Source: a virus (lineage: Duplodnaviria > Caudoviricetes). Taken from it: a stretch of DNA of 54,869 nucleotides. A model generated the notes under the pieces. The model was not told where the DNA came from, did no database searches, and was given only the letters and a program-made list of their open reading frames with translations. The stretch's first letter is position 1. Each line of letters begins with the position of its first letter. Position numbers and translations under genes: made by a program. Below are positions 1 to 10,100 of the stretch, in pieces. The stretch lies in the IMG/VR virus record IMGVR_UViG_3300021371_000021, positions 1-54,869 of that record. One strand, given 5' to 3'.

Positions 1-1
1 T

Positions 2-742
2 ACTGGAGTTCTTACAGGTAAAGTTGCAGCAGACGAAATAATAAACCAAGATATAATTAAAGAAATTTTAGTAGGACAAGCTTCTGAAGAGCTAGGTGTA
101 AGTGTTGATGCAGTAGAAGATGGGATAAAAGGATTAAATAAAGTAAAAGATGCAGTAATTCCCCCCACTGCTTACGGTGTTGACCTTGGAAAAGAACCAA
201 AGATTGGATCGAGTGGAGTAGAACAATTAGATGTTACCGGAGATATGGGTGCTCTTGATACGGTTACTAAAGGCACAAGAATTCCTCCTGCTACTGACAA
301 GGTCAAAAATAAAGGCGTAGGGGCTGACAGTAAAAATAAGGGCGTAGGAGCTGGAGAAATATCTGATAGGGTAATTGGCGAAGGGCTTAAGGGCACAACA
401 CCTCCTCCTGACGATTCACCTAAAGTAGTTATACCTGATACTGCTGTGCCTAAAGGTGATGTACCTGTCCCTAAAGGTGATGAACCTGTCCCTAAAGGAG
501 ACTTACCTGTAGAACAAAGTTCTGGGACTTTTACAGGGGGGATACGGACTTCTCCGGGCGAACTAGTAGACATAGACTATTTCTACGATATAGGAGGTGA
601 GAGCATATTTGCCCCTAAATTAAAATCAAAAGAGCAAGAAGACCCGCTTGCTTACCTATACTCAGGCTACGCAGATGGTGGTATAGTGCAAGATTCTGAG
701 GTGCAACAGTTTATTCAATATTTAATGGGGACAAGAGGTTAG
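2..742 (+). CDS. 5'-truncated putative internal virion protein
   Basis: The frame of the listed 245..742 ORF is open back to position 2 (TGVLTGKVAADEII...). It contains VPKGD repeats and a C-terminal YADGGIV motif, and is co-oriented with the downstream virion genes. Confidence 0.6.
   Translation, partial: TGVLTGKVAADEIINQDIIKEILVGQASEELGVSVDAVEDGIKGLNKVKDAVIPPTAYGVDLGKEPKIGSSGVEQLDVTGDMGALDTVTKGTRIPPATDKVKNKGVGADSKNKGVGAGEISDRVIGEGLKGTTPPPDDSPKVVIPDTAVPKGDVPVPKGDEPVPKGDLPVEQSSGTFTGGIRTSPGELVDIDYFYDIGGESIFAPKLKSKEQEDPLAYLYSGYADGGIVQDSEVQQFIQYLMGTRG
446..510 (+). repeat. 21-bp in-frame tandem repeat (~3 copies, VPKGD[V/E/L]P)
   Basis: gtgcctaaaggtgatgtacct / gtccctaaaggtgatgaacct / gtccctaaaggagacttacct. 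Confidence 0.9.
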
Positions 743-743
743 C

Positions 744-1502
744 ATGGTAGACGCAGTTATCCCAAGGTTTAGAGCAGAGCGAGCCGTAGTTCCGGGCACT
801 TACGACCCTACGCGCAGGCCGGGCAGTAGTGGGCAACGTTATTTTAGCGACATGCGGTATGCAAACCCAAACATGAGCCAGAGAATCTTCGACAAGGAAG
901 CAGAGGGTTACGAAACACAAGCTGACTATGATGCTCGCTACGATACAGCTATGGACGCTGCTATAGACGCTGCTAGGGTAGCTAACACAAAACAGGCAAC
1001 GGGATTGCAAGCACTTAATCTAGCTAACTTAGCTAGGGGTACACGTCCAACAGCTACAAGTACTGCCACTGCTGCGTCTACACAAGTACCTTATTTTCAA
1101 CCTTCAGGCACGGAAACTGATTATGGGGTAAACAGTCTCTATAATTTGCTAGCTGATTATATAAAAGGCACTAAGCTTCAGCCGTATCCGATTGAAGAAG
1201 TCGAAGAAATTACCACAATGGCGCAAGGTGGACTTGCTAGTATAGCTCCTCAAGGTATGTATTTGGGCGGCGCTACTGACGGCATGGCTGATAATATACC
1301 TGCTACTATAAACAATAACCAACCTGCTGCCCTAAGTGATGGAGAGTTTGTCATACCAGCGGATGTAGTAAGTCACTTAGGCAACGGCAATTCTAACGCT
1401 GGTGCAAAACAGTTGTACGGTATGATGGATAAAATACGTAAAGCTCGCACTGGTGATACTAAACAAGGTCGCCAAATAGACGCAAATAAATTTTTAGCTT
1501 GA
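744..1502 (+). CDS. putative internal virion protein
   Basis: C-terminal GATDGMADNIPA...LSDGEFVIPADVV resembles the G-x-G-x-S-D-x-I-P-A-x-L-S-x-G-E-F-V motif of tape-measure/ejection proteins; also has MAQGGLAS. Confidence 0.6.
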   Translation: MVDAVIPRFRAERAVVPGTYDPTRRPGSSGQRYFSDMRYANPNMSQRIFDKEAEGYETQADYDARYDTAMDAAIDAARVANTKQATGLQALNLANLARGTRPTATSTATAASTQVPYFQPSGTETDYGVNSLYNLLADYIKGTKLQPYPIEEVEEITTMAQGGLASIAPQGMYLGGATDGMADNIPATINNNQPAALSDGEFVIPADVVSHLGNGNSNAGAKQLYGMMDKIRKARTGDTKQGRQIDANKFLA

Positions 1503-1512
1503 GGATAGAATT

Positions 1513-2340
1513 ATGGCTGATCCAGTAGGACAACCTGCAAGCACCACAGAATCCCTTTCAAGTTGGGCTGCGCCTTATGTAACTGGGATGCTAGGTAAAG
1601 GAGAAGCTCTTTCTAATATGCCTTATCAAGCATATCAAGGGCCGCTAACTGCAGGGCAATCAGGATTACAGACTCAAGCATTTCAAGGTTTAGCTGGACT
1701 TACACTGCCTACACAGCAGATGGGAGGGTTTAACCCTACAAGCTTTACTTCCGGTACGACAGCTCAAGATTATATGTCGCCGTATGTAAATGCTGCCTTA
1801 GAACCTCAAATAGCAGAGGCGCAGCGACAGGCTGAAATACAACGGGTAGAGAACGCCGGTAGGCTAAGCAAAGCAGGTGCTTATGGTGGGTCACGTCAAG
1901 CTATTATGGAGTCCGAAGGTCAACGTAATTTACTCAGGAACCTAGCTGATATTTACGGTACAGGTATGCAGCAAGCTTATACTCAAGGTATGGGCCAGTT
2001 TAATACTGAACAAAACCGAGCACAGGCAGCGCAAGATTTAACTAATAGATATGGCTTGTCTGCACTTGCTGCACAACAACAAGCAGGAGCAGCGCAACGA
2101 GCAATAGAAAGTCAAGGTATAGCTGCTGATTACGCACAGTTTAAAGAAGAACGAGACGATCCGTTTAAGAAGGTCCAGTACCAGCAGTCATTGCTACAGT
2201 CATTACCAATAGAGTCTGAGCAGGTGGACTATATAGGGCAAAGTGGGCTTGCTGAATTGTTGGGTTACGGTGGTACTCTAGCAGAAATACTAGGGTCAAG
2301 CGGGTTTGATATATTTAATAGATCACAAGCAGGAAAATAA
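1513..2340 (+). CDS. putative DNA transfer/ejection (pilot-like) protein
   Basis: Gln/Ala/Gly-rich with YMSPY and AGAYGGSRQAI motifs typical of podoviral ejection proteins; SD gagga upstream. Confidence 0.6.
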   Translation: MADPVGQPASTTESLSSWAAPYVTGMLGKGEALSNMPYQAYQGPLTAGQSGLQTQAFQGLAGLTLPTQQMGGFNPTSFTSGTTAQDYMSPYVNAALEPQIAEAQRQAEIQRVENAGRLSKAGAYGGSRQAIMESEGQRNLLRNLADIYGTGMQQAYTQGMGQFNTEQNRAQAAQDLTNRYGLSALAAQQQAGAAQRAIESQGIAADYAQFKEERDDPFKKVQYQQSLLQSLPIESEQVDYIGQSGLAELLGYGGTLAEILGSSGFDIFNRSQAGK

Positions 2341-2357
2341 CATAAGAGATCATAGTT

Positions 2358-4187
2358 ATGGCGTATGGAATTGGGCAACAATTAGATGACGCAGGCAAGT
2401 TAAGCATAAAAGAACTTGTTCAATTACAAAGTGTAGACCCTTCGTTAATCTATACACTTGCGTTGCAAGAAAAGCAAAAACTCCAAGCTGCGGCTAGCAA
2501 CCAAGAAGCTCTAGGTATGCAAACTATACCGTCTACAATTACCAGTCAGATGGAAGGTCGTATGCCGGGTGTCCAACAAGCAGCAGCCCGTACTGCTCCA
2601 CGTCCTCAAATGGCGCAAGGTATTTCCGCAAACCCCGCTCAAAACATGCAAGCTGTAGGTGCAGCACAAGGCGGTATTATTGGGTATGCAGAAGGTGGGG
2701 CTACGCAAGATCCAAACTCAGAAGAAGCTCAGCGCCAAAGATATTTACAACTTAAAGCTGCCGAAGCTCAAGCTATACAAACAGGTAATCAATTAGCTTT
2801 ACAAAACATACGACGCGAGCTACGAAATTACGAAGGTAGCACTGCGGCTCAAGCTCCTGCCCCCACTCCCGAAAATACAGACGGTATGGCAGGTGGCGGT
2901 ATTGTGTCTCTTGCAAAAGGAGGGTTTCCTGATTTAAGTGGTGACGGCAAGGTTACCCGTAAAGATATTCTTATGGGCCGTGGTGTAGTGAGTAAACAAG
3001 AAGGCGGAATTGTTGGGTTTGCTGCTGGTGATCTAGTAGGTGGGTTCCCAGAAGGTGAAGATAGTCTGATGGGCTACACAGGACTTATGGATGGTCAGTA
3101 TTATATAAATGGGCAGTTAGTTAGTGAAGCTGTTTATATGGATAGTAAACCAAAAAAAGTAGAAGAAGAAGAGTTTAAGGATTTTAACTTGCCAACAAAC
3201 GCTAAAGAAGTGGCAGATGCTATGGAGGGTATGGCTGACTCTTATAACACTGCCATGATGCCAAAGATTACGGAGGCTATGGTTGAATCTTATACCGACG
3301 AACAAAAAGGTCGCCCTTTCTTAGACAAATTTGGTGAAGCAATTATGGATGTTGTACGACAAAGGCCATCCCAAGAAGCTAGGGATGCAGCTAGTGACGT
3401 TATGGCACAGCCTTTTGCTTCAATAGCAGAAGCAGAAAAAGTAAAAAGCGACCGTGCGCTTGCTACAGCTTCCAGACCTCCAAGTTTTGTTACCGCGCTA
3501 GAAGAAGATAAAGCAGCTAAGGATAAACAGGCGACAGAATTTTTTACTGCTCTTATGCAAGAAAACGCCAACAAGCCAGCGGGCGGTAGGCAAGTAGTAG
3601 CGGAAGAAGTAGAAGAAGTAGAAGAAGTAGACAAAGATGGCAAGTCAAAGCTTGAAGGTTTTATGGACGTGCTTGAGATACTAGGCCGTGGTGCTGGTGC
3701 ATCTAAGGGTTTTGAAGGCTCTAAGATTTTAGAAGAGACTAGAGAAATAAAAGAAGCTGAAGCTGATAGGGCAGCAAGACGTGAAGAACAGCAAATGGTG
3801 CTAGATGCTCGTAGTCTTGAATTAGATGCAAGAAACAAAGCAGCTATGGGTCTGGAGCTTGGGAAGTATGCTGCTGACCTTACAGACATTGCGATTATGG
3901 CATCGGCAGAGTATCAACAGTTAGAAAAGAAGCTCCGTGAAGAAGCTGGTGAAGGACCTTTTAATCTTAAAGGTGACAAATTTGGATTCTTTACCGCTGC
4001 GAATGAAGCTGAAGTAGAGCGTCTGCTGGCTGCACAAATACCTATAATAAGAAATAACATGCTTAAAACCTATCAAAGACTACTCAGTCAATATAGTGGG
4101 ACTGGAGGGCAAAGCAGTGCTGGGGGACAAGGCGGTATAACAGACGCTGTACAAGAGTTTACAACATACCAACCTAGTGGTCAGTAG
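2358..4187 (+). CDS. putative internal virion protein with GG motifs and an EF-hand-like loop
   Basis: Repeated xxxGG(I/V) motifs, DLSGDGKVTRKD loop, helical acidic C-terminus, and position in the ejection gene block. Confidence 0.55.
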   Translation: MAYGIGQQLDDAGKLSIKELVQLQSVDPSLIYTLALQEKQKLQAAASNQEALGMQTIPSTITSQMEGRMPGVQQAAARTAPRPQMAQGISANPAQNMQAVGAAQGGIIGYAEGGATQDPNSEEAQRQRYLQLKAAEAQAIQTGNQLALQNIRRELRNYEGSTAAQAPAPTPENTDGMAGGGIVSLAKGGFPDLSGDGKVTRKDILMGRGVVSKQEGGIVGFAAGDLVGGFPEGEDSLMGYTGLMDGQYYINGQLVSEAVYMDSKPKKVEEEEFKDFNLPTNAKEVADAMEGMADSYNTAMMPKITEAMVESYTDEQKGRPFLDKFGEAIMDVVRQRPSQEARDAASDVMAQPFASIAEAEKVKSDRALATASRPPSFVTALEEDKAAKDKQATEFFTALMQENANKPAGGRQVVAEEVEEVEEVDKDGKSKLEGFMDVLEILGRGAGASKGFEGSKILEETREIKEAEADRAARREEQQMVLDARSLELDARNKAAMGLELGKYAADLTDIAIMASAEYQQLEKKLREEAGEGPFNLKGDKFGFFTAANEAEVERLLAAQIPIIRNNMLKTYQRLLSQYSGTGGQSSAGGQGGITDAVQEFTTYQPSGQ

Positions 4188-4196
4188 GGTAACGCT

Positions 4197-7100
4197 ATGC
4201 CGGTAGTACGTATGCCCAATGGGGATTTAGTACGGTTCCCAAATGAGATGCCTAAAGAACAAATTAGTCAGTTTATCGAGACTAAATTTCCCAATGCTTT
4301 TGATACTCCCAAACCTTCGGTGGGCGATATATTTGACGCTTCTTTAACAAGGGGCGCAGAAAATGTAGCTTCTACTCTACAAGATGATTTGCCTGCATAC
4401 TTAGCTTCTATTTTTGGACAAGATGAGTACGCTGCTGCTCAGATTGAAGAAGGTAGAGCAAGAAGACAAGCAGCTGCTGAAGCATCGCCCGCACAATATG
4501 GCAGCTACAAAGATGTTGAAAGTATAGGCGATGCCGTCGGGTTTGTAGCAGAAAAATTTGGTGAGAACGTACCTATACTTGGTGGATTAGCTGCTTCTGC
4601 GCTTACGGGTGCGGTAGCTGCCCCATTATTAGGAGTAGGAGCGGCAACAGGTGCAGGTATTGCAAGTGCACTTGGTTCTTACTCTCTTATGGCTCCAGAA
4701 TCGTTTGCAGGTATTTATGAGGAAACTGGAACGTTTGCTCCGGGCGCAGCTTCTATCGCTGGCGCAGTTAACTCTGCACTTGAACTGGTTGCTCCTGCAC
4801 AAGTCCTAAGAAGCTTTTCTCCTAGTATGCGTAGTGGCGTTGTTAACGCAGTGCTTAAAAAGTCTGGTATGCGGCCTAGTATTGCAGCTAATGCGGTTAA
4901 AGGAGTAGTTAAAGGTGCAGCTACCGAAGGCACAACTGAAGGTACGCAAGAAGCTGTAAATATAGCAGCAGAAAAGTTTGTCGCTGAAAACCCTTTAATT
5001 TTTGATAGTGAAGACTTTAAACGTATAACTGAGTCCGCTGTTGCTGGTGCTGCAGTAGGGTTACCTCTTGGTGGTGTTGGTGGTGTCGGCAGAGGTATTA
5101 CTGACAGAGGCCAGTTCAAAAAAGATCAGGCTGAAGCAGAATTTGAAGCAGAGTTAGAAGCGCGATTAGCACAAACACCAGAAGAAGAAGTAACGGAAGA
5201 AACGGTTGAAGAAGTTATAACGAGTAGCGAAGCTAAAGCAAAAAATAATAGAGTCGTACCGACAGACGTAAAAGAACTAAAGAAGTGGGGTATGGATAAC
5301 TTAGGTATCGGGCCAACAGCCGCCATATTGAAACCTGATGGGCCTATTGCAGGTAAAGACCTTACTGATCCTCAGCAGAACCAAGAAGTAATAGACGCTA
5401 TAACTGTGTTTAGAGATAAGCTTCCTTTTGACTCTACTCGGCGGCCTAAGTTAGATCAAGCACTAAAGTACTTAGAGGATAATAAAACCATCATTGGCGA
5501 AGCATCATCGGTTGAAGAAACAGTTGACGAGCCAGTAGTTGTACCAGAAGAAAAAGAACAGGCAGCCCCTACTCCTAACGAGGTTAACAAAGAATTAGAA
5601 GCTCTGGAAACAGAAACAGAAACAGAAACAGAAGTAGAAGCGCTAAGAAGAAAGGCGACAGGGTTTCAAACAGAAAAGGATACAACTTACGAGGAAGATG
5701 TTGCTGAGCGTAATGCTGTTGATGCTGCTGAACGGCAAAGAGAGCTTGAAGCTCTACAAGAAGCAGAAGAAGATATTCCTCAAACTAAACCTTTATGGTC
5801 TAAAGATTTGCTTGGCTTCCTTAGTGATAACTTTGCGTTTACGAAAGAAAAGTTTGATGAAGTGCAAAACTTGTCTGAAGATGAAATGCAGAGCTACCTA
5901 GACGTAATAGATGAGGAATATGATAATTTAAAGTTTGATGGCCCTCTTGTTGAGGATACATCTGAATCTATAGCTGAATCTATAGCTGAATCTATAGCTG
6001 ATGATAGTACTGTTGATGAGCCTGCACCTGATGGATCTAACACATTAAAAGATGACGCAGATGCTAAAGTTGTATTTGACCAGTTAGGGATAGACGAAGC
6101 TGGAAGTTTTGAACTTAGTACTGCAGAGTTTAATGCGCGATTAAAAGAAGCAAACGATAGAATAAAGGTAATAGAAGAGGCCGCTAAAAAGGCAAAAGAG
6201 CCGGTAACTAGTAAAACAAAAGACGGGGAGTTTCTTACTCGTAAAGAAGGGGACATCCTTGTAGACGAATCAGCGGAACAGAGGCCGATAACTAAAAGCC
6301 CAACCGCTAAAAAAGATACACCTAAAAAGTTTAGGGTAGGCCAAGACAAACTATTCTATAACAATAAAACATTAGCGCGTCCTGCAGCGGCAGAACTGAA
6401 CGCTTTTAAAGCTGCAAATCCACGTAAAGAAGATGCTAGTACTGGCGCAGAGATACTGGCTAACTACCTAGACGCTTATGATTCCCCAGAGGCAGCATTA
6501 GCTGTTATCGCTGCTGAAGTAAACCCTTCGTACTCAGAGAACACTGGGTTGGTACTTACAACTACACCGGAAGATGCTGCAAAAGCTAAAGCCTATATAA
6601 ATAAAAGTATGGGTAAAGAAGCCAAACAAGCGTTAGCTAATAACGAAAACTTTATTGTTGAAACTTTAGCTGATGTACAACGAAGAAACGCAAAAGTAAA
6701 AGAAGACGAAAAAGCTCGTAAAGTAAGTAAGCTTGGAAGAGATAAAAAAGCAGAAGAACTAAAAGACGTAGGTGCAGGCACTAAGGGCGCTAGAGCTGTA
6801 GCCAAAGAAAAGAAAAAGCTAGTGGGAGAGACACCCAGACAGATAGCTAAACGCATAGACGCCGAGGAAAAAGCGCGACGAGATGAAGAAGCAGAGTCTC
6901 TCGCGGGCCAAAAAGAAGGTACTACTGGTACGATGGGTGCAGAGATAAGAAACGCAGAAAAAATAGCTAGGAGAACAGAAGAGACACTCGCTCAGAAAGC
7001 ACGTTCGGACGAATGGATTGCCTTTGTTGAAAGTTTGCCAACTAAAAACCAAAAAGCTTTTTTAGCCAGTTACAAGAAAATAGCTGATGCTATTGCTGAC

Positions 7101-10100
7101 CCAAAGGTAAAAACTCTTGACGGCAAACCTAAGCCTTCTTTCTTACTTCCTGAGTCTATTCGAGCGCGGGTTATAGCAGAGAATAAAAAAGGTCTTTCTG
7201 CAACACAGAAAAAAAGGTTAGTAAGGTTTGAGGAAAAGTTTCTATTAGTAACTCCTGAGTACCAAGGGCCAAAGCTTGATAAGTCTGCTGAGTTAGATTT
7301 AGCTGATAACAACTTACGTTTTGCTATTCAAGAAGTTATTGATGCTCGTAAGAATCGTGGTGAGGATAAAAATGTAACTTCGCTCATAGAAAAAATAAAA
7401 TCGCTTACTGCTAAAACCAATGTAGCACTAGATGGCCCCACTATAAAAGCAAAAAATTTAGACCCGTTAAAGTTTGAATCTTTGGAAGTGCAGGCAGGAG
7501 TAGAAGGTAAAAGTTTAATTGAAGCTGCTCGATTTGCTGCTAACAACGCTCCTAACAAAGATTTACAGGTCTTGGCATCTGCTTTAGCAAATGAGCTTAA
7601 GCGGCAACAGGATAAAGGGATTTTATTTGATTTTAAAGTTTTGCACGTAGGTAATACAGTTCCTTCGTGGGCAGGTTCACTGACAAGAAACTCTAGGGGT
7701 ATTACTGGTATAACTGACACAACTGTATCTGTAGTGTTAAACGGAGCGGACGTAACAGGCAGAGTTGGCACTAGCTATAAAACCCTTGTGCATGAGTTAT
7801 TTCACGCAGCGACAATGGCTACCATACGTAATAAAAACAACAAAAACACCGCTCAACAAAATGCTGCTGTGCAAGACCTAACAAACCTTAGAGAATTTGT
7901 GCTAAGAAACTACTATACGAATAAAAATAAAAGAAACCTATCGGATATTGAAAAGCAGTTTGCGGAAGGCACTAACAATTTCTTTAAGAATAATGACGAA
8001 TTAGTCACTTGGGCTATGACAAGTCCAGAAGCGGCAGCTTATTTAGAATCCATACCATACGAACGAACAAACGTTTTTTCTGCTTTTGTGCGTATTATGC
8101 GCAAAATGATTGGTCTGCCTGAGTCCGCTGATGGGAACACTGCTTTATCTGAAGCAATACGTGTTACTGAAGTTTTATTAGGTAAGAACGCTGTAAACGC
8201 AGCTATGCGCAAAGTACAAAAAATAGAGGGTGCAGACTTAGCGGCTACTGAGCTACCTAATTTTGCTAGTGGTGCGTATATACCCGGACTAAATACAATA
8301 GTAATAAATACTGTTACAGGATTAAACGAGCATACCCTACTACATGAGTCTGCACACGCAGCTCTTGCTCAGATATTAGATAAGCCTAATCACCCGATTA
8401 CAAAAAAGTTTATGCAATTCTTTGCCGACGTAAAGCCAAAGGTTGGGGATGCTTACGGTGGTACAAACATACAAGAGTTTGCCGCTGAGTTTGTGAGCAA
8501 TGGAGAATTTCAAGCAATACTGCAAAGAATCAAAGCACCAAAAAGTGAAAACATGTTCGTCCGTATTCTTCAAACTATTCTTGAGGCATTCGGTATACGC
8601 AAATCACAAAGTGCTTACGACGTGACGTTAAAGTTTTTAGAAGAGCTGTTAGATGTATCTCAAGGAGTAGAGCCTACACTAGCGGATACCCTATACCTAA
8701 CTAATGAAAACATAGACGAAGTAATAGACGACACAATAAACGACTCTACAGATTCATTCGTAACCAGAAATACTGAGGCTGCGCTCGACACTGTGTCAAA
8801 GATACAAGACGACAAAGCTAGAGTGCTTGCATTAGGTGCTGCTAGCTTAGCTAACATGGATAACATGTACGGAGAAAATTCTCCTAGATACCGCAATAAT
8901 AATCCTTTGCCTATAGGCAGACTAATGTCCTTTATTGAAAGAAAACGTGGAGAAGTCAATAAGGCTATTGATAGGACTAGCAAAAACATTAGGATGATGA
9001 ACAAAGCGGAAAGAAAAGCTACTGCAGCTCAAAAACGAGAGTTTAATGATATTGCTATAGAGGCTCGTCTTGAAAGTGTAGATTTTTTAAAGCCTTTGCC
9101 AAAAAATGCTAGTGCTAAACAAGCGGCTGCGTACAAAAAACTAAACGTCAGATTTAATCGACTGCCTAAACCTATGCAAGCGTCGTATAAAACTTTACGT
9201 AAAGAACTGGACACGTACCTAGAAGAATACGTTGAGCTTATCACTGAGATACTGCCTGAAAGCTCAGCTAGAGAGCTAATGAAAAATTTTGTTAACTTAG
9301 AAGGTGTTGTTGCTTACGTACCTTTTGAACGCACTGGTGAGTATTACTATAGGTTTAAAGACCCTGCTAATTTAGATGCAAAGGGTAACCCAAAAGATAC
9401 GCCTGTAGCCGCAGAGTCTCCAAGAAAAAGAGATATAGCCGTAGCAGCGCTTAAAAAGAAATACGGACAAGATTTTGAAATTAAACAGTACGACAATATT
9501 GATACTATGGGTGTGCCAAAAGGACTACCTGAAGGGCAGTTTGTTACTAAGCTTGTAGGAGAGATGCGGAACAATAATATTGATAGCGCAATAATAGATC
9601 AAGTATATCAGCAGTACGTAGCTATGTTTCCAGAAAAGTCTATTATGCAACAGTTTAAAAAATCTAAAAACTTGCCCGGTATGGATAGAGATATTATCGG
9701 TGCATACTCTAACGTGTCTATTAAATGGGCTAACAAAATAGCGAACACCAGATACAATTCGCAAATTGAAACCGCGATGCAAGAGATAAGAAGGACAGCT
9801 AAAGAATATCACGGCGATAATAAATCCATGATGGCTGCCTCAAAAGCCCTAACAAAACAAGAAGCTTTCTTTTTGAACCCCACAGTAAACCCTATAGCTG
9901 CAGGACTTACTTTTGCTAGCTACTTTGAATACATTTTAGGTAGTTTATCTTCGGCTGTTGTTAACGTAACTGGCTTAGTCTTTATGGTAACACCCATGCT
10001 GGGTGCACGTACTACGTATCCTGAAGCTTTAGCTGCATTACAAGCGGGGGGAAGATTAGCCGCCGGTAAAGCTTGGCGTGACGGAAAACTAGATGGTCCG

